Assembly (NCBI GenBank): GCA_964016885.1
Contig: OZ024740.1
Location: forward strand, 300,204,001 to 300,268,000
Reading direction: 5' to 3'
Length of the DNA: 64,000 nt
Origin: Eledone cirrhosa
Lineage: Eukaryota
Position numbers and translations under genes: made by a program
Part shown: piece after piece, positions 29,046-44,120 of the stretch
How the letters are laid out: each line of letters begins with the position of its first letter
Numbering within the stretch: position 1 is the first letter of the stretch
Notes under the pieces: model-generated
Databases searched by the model: none
What the model saw: only the letters and a program-made list of their open reading frames with translations
What the model was told of the DNA's origin: nothing

Positions 29046-29387
29046 GGAGGGTGTGGTAAGATACCAGGTGGAGCATAACAATCAGAGTACTCGAAACTTG
29101 GGGTAGTAGGGTGGGTAATTTGAAGAGATTGAGAATCCCGATATTTATATATATATATAACGAAGAATGTGTGGTAAGGAACCAGGTGAGCCATAACGCA
29201 CCAGCGTACTCGATACTTAGGGTAGTAGAGTGAGTAATAGGAAAAGAGTCAGGGCCCCGACGTCTGAGCTCCGGCCGTTTCGAGAGCTAGATCCGAACAG
29301 TTCGGATCTAGCTGTCGAAACGGCCAGGGTTCAGCCGTCGGGGTCCTGCCCCTTTTCCTCTCTCTCTTTCTCTCGCGCTCTCTCTCT

Positions 29388-29501
<114 letters not shown>

Positions 29502-29828
29502 TATACATACAATCATGTATAAATCGCTATTTCAGAGCACCAATCCTAATTCCTAATTTTTGCTGCACCGGCAATCGCCCTGTATAATCAGCTTCTGATT
29601 ATTACTGGAATTCTATAAGAATCCATCTTCTATAATTTTTGGCTAAAGCGGGGAGTGCGTTGCTGTGATGATCGCCAACAGCATGAAACATACTGTTAGC
29701 TTCTCTCCCTTCTTTCGCCGAAAACAAGTAAGTGACATAGTGCCTACTTTAAAATCGATAGCGTATGGTCTTCAGAATGTTTTTAATTAAACATACGGTA
29801 TATTGCCAAATATACTATACATACATTC

Positions 29829-29854
<26 letters not shown>

Positions 29855-29860
<6 letters not shown>

Positions 29861-30207
29861 TAAGAACAAAAGATGGTTAAAAGAGTTCCATGTATTTTAT
29901 TATGCGCATTTCAAAAACAAATATCATCATGCAATAATATTTGTGTTTTCATCAGATAACACAGGAAGACATGATATGAAGGTTAAAAAACACTTGTGGA
30001 TAGTTCAGTTTTAAATCAACATATGTTGATTTAAAACATCTGTTGATTTAAAACTGAACTATCCACAAGTGTTTTTTAACCTTTATATCATGTCTTCCTG
30101 TTTTATCTGATGAAAACACAAATATTAATGCATGATGATATTTGTTTTTGAAATGCGTATAATAAAATACATGGAACTCTTTTAACCATCTTTTGTTCTT
30201 ATATATT
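29855..30207. repeat. Foldback with approx. 165-bp arms, each carrying an HHR
   Basis: Near-perfect inverted repeat with a small duplicated apex (GTTGATTTAAAAC). Confidence 0.9.
30101..30167 (+). ncRNA. Type I hammerhead motif, family I (mirror copy 29895-29960 on minus)
   Basis: TTTTAT-CTGATGA-AAAC.CAAATAT...ATATTTGTTTT-GAAA-TGCG(T/C)A-TA-ATAAAA. The left arm has the perfect palindrome TGCGCA. Confidence 0.75.
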
Positions 30208-30292
30208 ATGTATACTCCAGTCCTACAAACTGTAGAGTGCTTCTTATCCGATATCTGCATTGTTTTATTGTACTACAATAAAACTCACCTCC

Positions 30293-30357
<65 letters not shown>

Positions 30358-30442
30358 TGTGTGTGTGGGTAGTATGGTGAAATACTGGTATTGGTACAAA
30401 ATCAAGCGCTCTATACAAAGGCAGAGTGGATATAATCGCATC

Positions 30443-30534
30443 ACCAGTCTGAGAAGCAGATCATTACTGGAGTCAAGTTCATCACTCCTATGGGTCACCC
30501 TGAACCAATCCTCTGCGAAACGCACGTAACAGGT
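30443..30534 (+). ncRNA. Hammerhead-like motif, family J (CTGAGAA core)
   Basis: ACCAGT-CTGAGAA-GCAGA...TCTGC-GAAA-CGCACG-TA-ACAGGT, with AATAAA 9 nt later. Confidence 0.55.
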
Positions 30535-30582
30535 CGATACGCAATAAATATTTTTCAGATGTAAACGAAACCTCTTTGTTTC

Positions 30583-30691
<109 letters not shown>

Positions 30692-30820
30692 TTAGTCCCC
30701 CGGTGTTTGCATAGCTACGGCTTCCTAAACCCATATTTCTTTGGAGATACGAAATAATTATACATATATATATATATAGGCACGCACACACACAGATATA
30801 TATATACATATATATATATA

Positions 30821-33225
30821 GTGACGAAACATAAGTCAATTGCAGGAACTCATAATTCTTTATTTACTGCTATATATATTTCGATGATAGCCATTGAATG
30901 GATATGACCTCATCAGGCAGTTAATCAGTTCTTAGATATGCCAGCTCTGTGTTTATAGTGTTGATGGTATCAGAGCCTTGGGACATATGAGCTTGTTATC
31001 AATAATTTAATGTTGTCAGCAGGAATAGTCTTGATACTCATTGGTCAGTTTGTAGATGATAATAGGGTTGGTATTTGACCTCAAAGAGGCAGGTGGTGTT
31101 GTAAAGTTCAAACCGTCAGGCAAGATGACAATAGTTCCATATGACTGATTTTCACAAAAAGCATTCCTAGTCAGATATATATTCAATTAAGGTTAATAGT
31201 ATGAAATAGATACTACAGGTCATGCTTAAATTGAGGAATTTATGTGGAGCGGTGCTACTGAAATTTACGGTTAAAGTAGAAAATTTACAAATAAAAAGAC
31301 TTATGTAGGTTGGCTTGCACGTACACTCACACCCACCTCCACAGACACACACACACATCCACACATACAAAATGTGGGGTGGTAATACTTAAAATAATGT
31401 TTAGAGTCCAATACTTAGATAGTTTAGAAAATATAGAAATAAAAGGTTTATGCTGGTTGACTTGTACATACACTCACACCTACCCCTTCAGACACTCACA
31501 CGTCTACACACACAAATTCATACAGGTGTGTATATATATATATATATGTATGTACGCACAAGTATATATATATATATAAAAAATATATACACAGAACATA
31601 CATATATATAATATATATATATATAAAATACACATAGATATACATATATATCTAAAATATATACATATATATACATATATATAAAATACACATATATACA
31701 CACATAATATATATATTTACACAGGATATATATATATACATATATATAAAACCAGGTTCAATAAAACGTGGTTTTGATGACTCCTAACCAGTAGAGGATC
31801 CGGTGGATCATCCACCATAGGGACCACAAACTATGGGTGGTTGTTGTTGTCATTGGTACGGGGCGTAGGGGACCTACAGGGGGCATTGTGGGAGGCCGTA
31901 ACCGGTGTTTATCCATATAGCTTGAGGAAAGTTCCCTTTCTTAGGTGTCTGCGGGCATCGAATAAGTCGGCCCTTCTGTTTAATAGCTTGGTTCCGCCAT
32001 GAAGAATCTCGAGTGTCTCGCTAAGACAGGGGTTGCCTTTCTAACAAACCATACCAGAGAGTGCGGGGACTTTTCAAGTTTGAGCTTCCAGATCAATTCA
32101 GAAAGGGCCGCACATTTCCTCTTATCTATACTGTTAAAGGAATGGCGATAGTTATACCACCGATCTTTGAAGCTCGTCGCTGTGGATCCTATGTAGTAGT
32201 GTTCCGAGTTAGGGGTTGTGACCTTGCACCTGTAGACTAAGTTTTTCGTGATACATTCATTACTAAGGGGGCATAGTGATGGGTCTCTGCAATTACATGA
32301 CTTCTTAAGCCCCACCACATGTACCGCGTGGTTACCATCACTCGGGGTTGGCTGGGTAGCCTCCGCAATCAGCACAGGGTCGTTGGGTTCCTGTGTGCTA
32401 GTTGGGCCTGTCCGGGGTCTGGTGCGTCCCACGTGCTGGTTCTGTTGGGTGGCTCCGGGAGTTACGGTGGTATTAGAGGTAGTGAGCCTATTCCTATTTA
32501 TGCCAGCTATGTGCTGGGCTACGTAGCGTGTGGTTGAGTAGGAAAGTTTCACCGTGTGCCTGTTGAATATTTTATGGTACTTGTGGGCCCTAGGGAAACA
32601 TTTATTCAGTACTCTAAAGAATGTTCTAGCCAGGCTGGTAGTAGACCCACCGAGTACGGAGGGTTATACCTTGTGACCTTCCTGGTCCTATTCTAGCGGG
32701 GTTGTTGGGTGTCCGCCGCGGGCCATCGTGTGGTTGTGCACAGCTCAGGTCGAGCTTGGTTGGTGTCACTCAGGTGTGCGGAGCTGTCACTATCATGACG
32801 GTTATATGGGCCCACCGTGGGGCTATAAATCTGCGAGGTGCGGCCTCCCTACTCAATTAAGGTTAGGTGGGTGGTCGGGCCGGTGCAGGGGTGCCTATGC
32901 TCTGCAGCAGAGCGGTCTTCAGCGTTGTAGGTATTAGACCGGTGGGGTATGCGGGACCCTCTACTAGGGGTAGTGACGGATAGGGGTTTGGGAGTGTTAC
33001 TACTGGTGACCGAGGTATTAGGTGGATGACTCATGCCCCTGAGGGTATTGGTCCGGGGTACCCTTGGGTCATCTCGATCATGTCCCTTAGGGTTTAGCTG
33101 ATCCTATGGCTGTGGGACGCCTTAGCTAGCGCTGAGTTATAGTAATCAGCGTTACTATTGAAAATCTCTTTATTGGCCGACAAGTTAGAGATCCTGTCAG
33201 AGACACTCTTAACTACGGCCTTAAC
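30821..33225 (-). mobile_element. Second Penelope-like element, 5'-truncated (RT C-terminus, linker, GIY-YIG, 3' UTR with HHR)
   Basis: [23 protein letters not shown] (33094-33225); KLSYSTT, SCNCRDPSLCPLSNEC, NLVYRC...YYIGST.TSFKDRW (31980-32552); ends in an HHR next to (TA)n. Confidence 0.85.
30866..30921 (-). ncRNA. Type I hammerhead motif at the PLE 3' end (family K)
   Basis: Minus strand: ACTGC-CTGATGA-GGT...ATC-GAAA-TATATA-TA-GCAGT-AAATAAA. Confidence 0.75.
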
Positions 33226-33231
33226 TATATA

Positions 33232-33347
<116 letters not shown>

Positions 33348-33934
33348 TATGTATATACATTCATTCATACATACATATATACCTGCATACAATCATACAC
33401 GCATACACACACACATATATATATATATATACCTGTATTTATATATATATATACACCTGCATATATGTGTGCGATTGTGCTGCTTCAAATTTAGAAGCGT
33501 ATTGCCTCACTTTCCCTCGCTATGTATCTATAATTTTATGTGTGTGTGCGTGTCTATGTGCTGAATGTGTGTGTGTCTGTATGTGTGTCTGTGTCTGTAT
33601 GTGTTAGTGAGTGTGTTTATGCTTTTTGAGGATTTATATATCTCTATAATCAGCTCAGTGGCTGATATAGTTAGGATATATGCATACATGTTATCAAAGA
33701 TTTTCCAATGTACACAAAGCAAAATTGATTCTTACACAGTAGAAAGAATATAACAGATGTAATGACTTTAAAGTATCGAAGTAATAATCCCAGAGATAAT
33801 GTTGTTAATTCCATGAAGGAAAGAAAGAAATATATACGGATATATTGAAACGTAGATATATATAAATATAGAAAAAGAGGGATATAATCAGAACATAGAT
33901 AGTGACTGAGCTATAGGGAGATAGTCAAAGCGAA

Positions 33935-34039
<105 letters not shown>

Positions 34040-34224
34040 TTGCGTGTGAACATAATTTGGAAAATAATTTCACTATCGCGACGTACAACATAACATTTCA
34101 TAATCTAATTTTGCTGATAAACAATATGTTGGATACAATTCATCTCTCTACCTACCTGCATAATATATTATATATATGTGTGTGTGTGTGCGTGTATATT
34201 CGTACGTATATAGATACTTATATA

Positions 34225-34318
<94 letters not shown>

Positions 34319-35109
34319 GATTGAAGTCAATGTTGCATCATATATTTGAAGTTTATTGGCATAGTACAACCACTTCCATATCGATCAGCTCAGGTTACAA
34401 TAATAATGATTCAAATTTTGAATGAGTTTTTGCACATATAAACTCGCATGTCGGATGTTGTACGGAGACAGAGACGGACTCCGTTCATTATGATTGCACA
34501 TACCATTATCAGCTCGATATTGAAACGGTTGTAATATACCAATAAAATTTATATGCATGGTGCAGCATTGACTTCTATCATGCTTACATTTAATTGCACC
34601 ATGCACACTCCAGCCGCCTTAACTCTAGAATACTAACCAACAAGAGACGGATAAATGTAACCACATTGAAAGCTTAGAACGGCAAATCTCCTTTAACTGT
34701 ATTTACGCACTTACGTATATTATATATGTATTTACATATATATATAATACATACATACATACCTGACTATACCTGATTATACCTTCAGATTTATTGCCTG
34801 TAATTATTGGGGCACTGGGATATGTTAGTAACTGCCTCAATACAAATCTTGAGAAGTTGGTCTTCACAGAAACAGAAAGAACAAAATTAGTCAGGAAATT
34901 ACAAGTACAATCCATTAATGGAACAGTAAAAATATGTAAAACATTCCAAATATTCTGCATCTAATAACTGCATATACAGATACAAAGCATATGCACATGC
35001 ATACACACAAAAATCAAAACATATACATCCACACATACTATAACATCCACACCTGCACACACATGCATGCAAGTAGACATGCATACATATCTACCTAGTT
35101 GATGTGTAA

Positions 35110-35990
35110 ATTCCAATGAGAGAATCTTGTATCTAGGTTAGAAACCAACTCTCCCTCGAAGGCACTCTATCAGCATGGTTGATAGAATAGTGTTTTTGTG
35201 GGTAGGTTGGACTTCCAGGTTATACATAAGTATACTCGACCACAATACCGACCGGACTGCCAGGAACTGCGCCACAATAAGTCACTGTAGTAGGAATTGC
35301 AGCGGTAAAGTCTATACAGTTGAGGTTTGAAGGTCAGCTAAACTTAAGAGGTGAATTGCCTGCTCGATTTGCCAACGGGGTCTAATGGTTTAAATAACAT
35401 TAAGAAACGGGTCTCATTCCCCTCCACACCAATCGGACCACTCCACTGCGTTGATAGGTAGCTAGGAATCACAAGTACCTGGAAACCACCGAAGAAAATG
35501 ACTAAGGAGTAACCTTGCTATGTGTACCTACAATTACAGGCTATTTGCAAAGTGGCAGCTGACTGATCTATCTGATGTAGGAGACGAGTAAGAACAAGTG
35601 TAATAACTCTGCATTGTAACTCTGTGAAACGCGTTATAGAAACGAGTTGAATGCATATTGGAAGGATGGAAGCATCGTCAGACGGGAGTATGTAGAAGGC
35701 CCCCGAGCAGTCGGAAGTGTCCAGTTCATCGCCAGTAAGGAATCGGCTGGTAAGATTGCACCCTGCAAGTCTCTATCATCCATTATAGGAGTGCTAAACA
35801 TTTAACTCTACGCAAAGTCGACGTTCAAGATCATCCAGACCTGCGTTGCCACTAACATCACCGACGACGATGTAGTTGTAAATGTGTATGGTGAGTTGGA
35901 ACAAATTTTAGTCACCGAATCCACATACACCGCCATGATGGAAGATTTCAATGCAAAGATGGGCAAGGGAGGACAAGCAACGGCAAAAAT
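35110..35990 (+). mobile_element. Decayed RTE-like LINE 5' part (APE endonuclease remnant)
   Basis: Manual translation at 35820-35970 gives FKIIQT...TDDDVV...VYGELEQ and, in a shifted frame, MEDFNAKMG (degenerate GDFNAK motif). Confidence 0.55.
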
Positions 35991-37840
35991 AATGATACTT
36001 ATAGAACATAGTTTTTATTTCTACACGGATATTAGATGACATAATATTACAAGTATATATAACAAATATAAGTAGGGGTAACATAAAACTTAGAATGTGA
36101 AACCGTACGAACAAAGAAAATCACAGTATAAATTGATCCAACAGGGCACCTGTATATCGTAGACTGCTGCCTTCCAGATATATTGACTGACCTGCAGACA
36201 CATTCTGAGATTGGTCAAATTTACCACTCATCTTTTAGTATTCGGATATCCTGAATATTTACCATTTTGTTAATTGTAATGTTAATACTTGAAGAATATT
36301 TGGATGCAGATTGATGGAGTGCTTTGTCATAGAAACAAATACATAACAGGCAAGATAGATCAGTGAGTGCCTCATGCGTCGTACACTTGTTTGACCACAC
36401 ACAGTACCATATAATTTAATGGCCAGCCAAGCAGGATATGAACGTTAACGATGAAAAGAAGAGGTTTAAACCATTCAGTATAAATAGTCAAATTGCTCCA
36501 CCTTCACAATCTCGGTTATTTTGATTTCAATTTGTCATTAAAATTTGTTTCATACCTTAAAAGAAAAGAAAAATATATATACGCTCTTCTTCGTTTCTCT
36601 CCTTCATCTGCTGCCCTTTCACATTCACATATTTACCTCTCAATTTCTCTGTTTCATTGCCTTATTTCTTATTATCTATTCGCTATTGTGTTATTGTTTT
36701 CCTACATACTTTTTACATTTTAAAAATTAAATTCCATTATTCGCCTTCTGCGTATATTTCCTTCAGCTATTGCCACCACTTTTCAATTTTTCTCCACGTC
36801 TATTATTCCCTGATCCGATACAATAAAACCAGTTCTAAAAGTTTTCTATGTTTTACTGAACAAAATGTAAAATCAAATACATATAAAAATAATGAAAAAA
36901 AACGAAAACACTAGAAAACTCTTTCGTTGTCGTCTATATTACAAACGTCACAGCTGCCTCTTAGTTATCTCGGAAGCTAGAAGCATTTCTCTCTATCATC
37001 ACATGATACCTTATTTTATCTTGTTGACAGATTCACCTAGTCACGAGCTCTCAAGCATTTTTGCTTATTGAAGGATTTGTTCTATAGCTTAAATGGATTT
37101 CTATCCGGATATTCTTTTATGTTACGGCAACAAGTCTACTTTATCCTGGATTTAAGAGCGATACTAGCAAGCAGGCAAACAAGGAGGCTAGTGATTGACG
37201 TATGTTAACCGTGTTTTAACAAAATGTAATTGATACAACTAAGACGAAAATCTATGTACACTGAACTAAAAACGAAAATTAAACAACATGGTAGGTGGTA
37301 ATAAATCTTTGTAAGTATATTTCAAACACTTCAGACTCAGCATACGGAGGTAGGTGTACACAAATTCAGAACAATGGAAGGCTTCACGGAGAGAGACAAA
37401 GAGAGGGGAAGGGAAGGTGCGTTAGTTAGAGGGTTACATACATATCTTGTATGTACGTATATGAACATATATATAGTAGTAAAAGGTTGGTAAAGATATC
37501 CAAGGTGCATACATGTCCGTAGGGCGAGTTTCAATAACATTTTTATGGACAGTTTCTACAACGGGTCAATATTAGGTACGTATGTTTCGTTAGTCTCTAG
37601 GACCAACAAGTTGAACCACGTTTAGCTTATTTTCGTCTTAGCATCCGAGTAGAGTTAGTCCTCCACTCCAGCTCCCGAAGACGGTTAATGAACCAGAAAA
37701 TATTGTTTGCGTTCTCTCCTTTGATTGCTAAAGATTTTGTTGAAATTCACAACTAAAATTCATAGCAAATCTATAAAAATGTTTCCTTACATGAATATTT
37801 CTTATGATTCAATTTACAAATATACAGGCAGAGTTATGTA

Positions 37841-37891
<51 letters not shown>

Positions 37892-37900
37892 AAATATATA

Positions 37901-37955
<55 letters not shown>

Positions 37956-38459
37956 AGATATATATATATGTGTAGATATATATATATATATGTATTAATT
38001 AATTAATTATCTCCCCTTAGCCACACACACACTTCCGGGTAGTATTTCGATGTCGATTCTCGCAACGTAACATCCTCCTGTATTGAGTTAAAGAACATCA
38101 GACCACGATTCTCTAACTGGATTGTCAAACGCCCAATATCGAATCGTCGTGGATTATGTGAGGGGCATATAATCTGAAAAATACGCTCCCCAGACTATGA
38201 AAATATCGCAGTGCATGAAATCCATATCATCGCTTCGCTACGCTTTTCCAATATTCTTAATGCTTACACTATTTTTAATACTTATATTATTTCCCACGCA
38301 CAGACTATAACAATCATATAAAGAATTCATCACCAGATCAACCACCTTAACACTCTCGATTACCTGCTTAAGTGCTTCTATTACACATAACTATCTGCCA
38401 CACTATATAAACAAGACGCACGTGCTTGCCACACATATAACCTTTGCACTATATAACCG

Positions 38460-38728
38460 CTTAATTTCATGTTGTATTTTAACCTGTATTTTTGATTGTA
38501 TCTTTTAATATGAATGTAACTTCTAAGTGTGTACTGCCACACTAAATGCTATAATGAATGTTGACCCACAATATTTGCATATGTATCTGTATGTCTCTTG
38601 GGTGATAAGGAGGTCATAGAAGTGTTCATTCAATAATAAATTGCTCCGAAGAATCCAAACCTCGGTTTGGTGGAAAGAAGTTGTAAGCATAAAAATGTTT
38701 TGAACAGTTCTTTGATTCTTATAATTCA
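38460..38728 (+). mobile_element. Family B HHR element, diverged copy
   Basis: TTGCT-CCGAAGA-ATCCAAACCTCGGTTTGG..GAAA...TA-AGCA at 38641-38689; upstream sequence resembles the reverse complement of 5100-5240. Confidence 0.6.
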
Positions 38729-38738
38729 TATATATATG

Positions 38739-38769
<31 letters not shown>

Positions 38770-39223
38770 GTAGATATATATATATATGTAGATATATATG
38801 TATATGTATATATATATGTATATATATATGTATATATATATGTATATATATGTATATATATATATGTATATATATATGTATATATATATATATATGTATA
38901 TATATATGTATATGTATATATATATGTATGTATATATGTATATATATATATATATGTATGTATATATATATGTATGTATATATATGTATATAAGTATTAT
39001 ATGTATATATATATATATGTATGTATATATATATGTATGTGTATATATGTATATATATGTATGTATATATATATGTATGTATATATATGTATATAAGTAT
39101 TATATGTATATATATATATATGTATGTATATATATATGTATGTGTATATATGTATATATATGTATGTATATATATATGTATGTATATATATGTATATAAG
39201 TATTATATGTATGTATATATATG

Positions 39224-39274
<51 letters not shown>

Positions 39275-39647
39275 GTAATAGGAACCAGTAAGACCCCAAC
39301 GGGTGAATCTAGCCACGCTCGCTATTTTCCATCCACTGAATCATTATTTTTATATAAGTTCCCATTGTCCCCGCATTGCCTGGAAACTTAGCTGAGAATA
39401 GACTCCATGATGACGTAAGGCTTCTCTATAGTTATTACGTAACTATATTTATCCCCTTACAGAAACTAATTAGTTGGAGTGAAATTTTAGTAAGTAAGTC
39501 AATTTTCATAACTTTCTTATTTACGTCTTTCATATAATTGTTCTGCATTCCCCTGCATAGAACCACAAAGTTACTAAGACAAAACATATATATCTGCTAG
39601 CATAGGTATGCATCTGTATACATATGTCGGTAGATATATTAATTCTT

Positions 39648-39650
<3 letters not shown>
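39275..39650 (+). mobile_element. Family L HHR element, single copy (HHR at 39402-39480)
   Basis: ACTCC-ATGATGA-C-GTAAGG...CCTTAC-A-GAAA-CTAATTAG-TT-GGAGT. Near-identical to 44121-44498. Confidence 0.75.
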
Positions 39651-39724
<74 letters not shown>

Positions 39725-39790
39725 AACAGTTTTCAATAGCGCTAGTTCGTAATTTAAATTCAAGAATTTTATATTCTTCGAACGAAAAGA

Positions 39791-39873
39791 ACCTTCTGAC
39801 GAGAATCTCTCTTTGCAACGAAGGCCGTAAGGCCCCCGTTTATTTTTCGGATTCGAAACCGATCGGTAAAGGT
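39791..39873 (+). ncRNA. Canonical type I hammerhead ribozyme, family M copy 1
   Basis: ACCTT-CTGACGA-GAATC...GATTC-GAAA-CCGATCGG-TA-AAGGT. Predicted cleavage after 39868 (GUA). Confidence 0.85.
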
Positions 39874-40274
39874 AACTATAGTAGGTAAAGTTAATTTTTT
39901 AAAATTTATTTTGAAACTTTTTCATTATTTGCTAAACCTTGTTTATATATGTTCTGGCTCGTTAATTTATTAACCTGCCATTGAACCACATTGGCATTTG
40001 GTTGGACAATACATGTATCTCTTTGCGCCTTTGCGTGAAGGAATACATATCTTATTATTACTAAACTCCTCTCTTGTTGAGTGCAAACTTGGTCGTCCTG
40101 ACTGCTGCTAGTGATAGCCGCTGCTAGTTTGACCTACCTCCTTCTGCCTCTATCTTTACTTCGGCCCTTGAAAAAATTGATTCCACCTCATTTCACCCTC
40201 ATCTCCAGAACAGTTTTGAATAGCGCTAGTTCGTAATTTAAATTCAAGAATTTTATATTCTTCGAACGAAAAGA

Positions 40275-40357
40275 ACCTTCTGACGAGAATCTCTCTTTGC
40301 AACGAAGGCCGTAAGGCCCCCGTTTATTTTTGGGATTCGAAACCGATCGGTAAAGGT
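40275..40357 (+). ncRNA. Canonical type I hammerhead ribozyme, family M copy 2
   Basis: Identical core and stems. Predicted cleavage after 40352. Confidence 0.85.
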
Positions 40358-40603
40358 AACTATAGTAGGTAAAGTTAATTTTTTAAAATTTATTTTGAAA
40401 CTTTTTCATTATTTGCTAAACCTTGTTTATATATGTTCTGGCTCGTTAATTTATTAACCTACCATTGAACCACATTGGCATTTGGTTGGACAATACATGT
40501 ATCTCTTTGCGCCTGTGCGTGAAGGAATACAAATCCTATTATATGTATATATATATCTATATATATGTGTATATATATGTATATATATATGTGTATATAT
40601 ATG

Positions 40604-40634
<31 letters not shown>

Positions 40635-40760
40635 GTATATATATATATATGTATATATATATGTATATATATATGTATATAAATATATATGAATAAATAT
40701 ATGTATATATATATGAATATATATATATATATGTATATATATATGTATATATAATATATG

Positions 40761-40881
<121 letters not shown>

Positions 40882-41009
40882 GTGTGTATATATATGTATG
40901 TATATATATGTATATATATGTATGTATATATATGTATATATATGTATGTATATATATATGTATATATGTATATATATATATATGTATATATATGTATGTA
41001 TATATATAT

Positions 41010-41210
41010 AACCACAGACCCTCCATCTCAACTCACCTTTTGAAAAGCAGAAGAACTGCGAAACCGGGAAAGGAACCAAATAAATATATATATTTTTAAA
41101 AAAAATAAGACTCCAGTTGCATTTTCGATTTCATCTCTTTTTCTTTATACTTTCACTCGTGTAGGATACCTCGGTTATTTTTCATTTTGTACAAAAACCT
41201 CACTTTCTAA
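41010..41210 (+). mobile_element. Family N short element with U3:A8 HHR-like motif (41036-41073); copies at 46148-46348 (+) and 57190-57331 (-)
   Basis: CCTT-TTGAAAA-GCAG/CTGC-GAAA-CCGG-GA-AAGG, then AATAAA. Three copies by direct match. Confidence 0.7.
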
Positions 41211-41594
41211 TATATATATGTATATATATATATGTATGTGTATATATATATATATGTATATATATGTATATATATGTATATATATATATATGTATATATA
41301 TATGTATATATATGTATATATATTTATATATATGTATATATATGTATATATATATATATATGTGTATATATATATGTATATATATGTATATATATTTATA
41401 TATATGTATATATATATATATGTATATATATGTATATATATATATGTATATATATGTATATATATATATATATGTATATATATGTATATATATATATATG
41501 TATATATATGTATATATATATATATGTATATATATGTATATATATATATATATGTATATATATGTATATATATATATATATATGTATATATATG

Positions 41595-41651
<57 letters not shown>

Positions 41652-41681
41652 ATGTATATGTATATGTATATATATATATGT

Positions 41682-41713
<32 letters not shown>

Positions 41714-41821
41714 GTATATGTATATATATATATATGTATATGTATATATATATATATGTATATGTATATGTATATATATATATATGTAAAAGGAATAGAG
41801 GTGTAACACACAAGTTATTAT

Positions 41822-42316
41822 ATATTGGTAAACGGAATAGAAAATGCTGACAAATTGTTCACAGTTGAAAAATGGTTTAATTAGGAATAAAAGAGTATTA
41901 GTGATTGTATGGGTTAGTATTCAGTTGTGGTTTTAAGTTTTTAAGTTTTTACCGGTTGCGCATTTCTAAATGCTTTTCAAAACTAATTTTGAGATAGAGT
42001 GTCCGTGCTGTTTGCTCTGATCTGATTAGTTTTGGGAATTCTACCTGTTTTTATGTTAAAAAAGTGGCTCCAGCGTTACTTTGGTGTTGAAAAAATTCTT
42101 GTGGTCAAAACAATTTTGATTGGTCGGTAGAGGTCATGTGAATGTAAAAAGTTGATTTTGCGCCAAGACTGTTTTTATGTTAAAAAAGTGGCTCCAGCAA
42201 AAATTATTGGTCAAAACAATTTTGATTGGTCGGTAGAGGTCACGTGGATAAAAAATTAGATTAGCGCCAAGATTGAGAAATGACTCTTTCACAACAAATA
42301 TGTGTGTGTGTGTGTT

Positions 42317-42353
<37 letters not shown>

Positions 42354-42424
42354 AGTAGTAGAAGTAAGGTGTTCGATGCTGCGACAATGGCCAGCAGCGA
42401 TGTGTGTCAAATGGCTATCAAGAT

Positions 42425-42495
<71 letters not shown>

Positions 42496-43083
42496 GCAGA
42501 GTCATTCGAAGGTCAAAAGACATTTTTCAGCTTTTGTCTTATACGGAGAAGTGCGTGTGTGTGTGTGTGTATAAGTCTCTTTGTATGTTGATGTACGAGT
42601 GTGTATGTGTTTGTGTGTATATATGTGTGTGTGGGTGGACCAGTATTTTTTTCCCCCTGGTAAAATGGTGTACATTATTCGATTTTTTCAGTAAAATCGG
42701 TTCTCTTAATAGAACATCAACAATCTTAACAATAAAAGGTGTGAAATGATATTCACTATATATATACACACCTCTACCGACCAATCAAAATTGTTTTGAC
42801 CACAAGCATTTTTGCAACACAAAAATAACGCTGGAGCCACTTTTTTAACATAAAAACAGGTAGAATTCCCAAAACTAATCAGATCAGAGCAAACAGCACG
42901 GACACTCTATCTCAAAATTATTTTTGAAAAGCATTTAGAAATGCGCAACCGGTAAAAACTTAAAAACTTAAAACCACAACTGAATACTAACCCATACAAT
43001 CACTAATAGTCTTTAATTCCTAATTAAACCATTTTTCAACTGTGAACAATTTGTCAGCATTTTCTATTCCGTTTACCAATATG
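41822..43083. repeat. Inverted repeat with approx. 310-bp arms (41822-42134 / 42770-43083), family O; third partial copy at 17547-17670
   Basis: Direct reverse-complement match. Each arm has TTGAAAA-GCATTT/AAATGC-GCAA-CCGG-TA. Confidence 0.85.
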
Positions 43084-43176
<93 letters not shown>

Positions 43177-43178
43177 AA

Positions 43179-43210
<32 letters not shown>

Positions 43211-43223
43211 GTGTATATGTATG

Positions 43224-43262
<39 letters not shown>

Positions 43263-43264
43263 GT

Positions 43265-43296
<32 letters not shown>

Positions 43297-43329
43297 GTAT
43301 ATGTATATATATATATATGTAGATTTATG

Positions 43330-43368
<39 letters not shown>

Positions 43369-43369
43369 G

Positions 43370-43400
<31 letters not shown>

Positions 43401-43481
43401 ATATGTATATGTATATATATATATATGTAGATTTATGTATATGTATATATATATATATGTAGATTTATATATATGTATATG

Positions 43482-43611
<130 letters not shown>

Positions 43612-43647
43612 TGTATATGTATATATATATATATGTATGTATATATG

Positions 43648-43694
<47 letters not shown>

Positions 43695-44085
43695 ATATAT
43701 ATGTATATGTATATATATATGTATATGTATATATATAAGTATATATATATGTATATATATATGTGTATATGTATATATATAAGTATATATATATGTATAT
43801 ATATATATATGTGTATATGTATATATATATGTATATATATATATATATGTATATATGTATATGTATATATATATGTATATGTATATATATATGTATATGT
43901 ATATATATATATGTATATGTATATATATATATGTATATGTATATATGTATATGTATATATATGTATATGTATATATATATATATGTGTATATATATATAT
44001 GTATATGTATATATATATATGTATATATATATGTATATGTATATGTATATAAGTATTATATGTATGTGTATATATATATATATTG

Positions 44086-44120
<35 letters not shown>

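Larger units (their letters stand above)
39724..40542 (+). mobile_element. 484-nt tandem repeat (1.7 units), one canonical HHR per unit; retrozyme / pLTR-like (family M)
   Basis: Offset is exactly 484 nt (39724 vs 40208); no ORF; (TA)n flanks. A reverse-complement fragment lies at 10266-10328. Confidence 0.85.
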
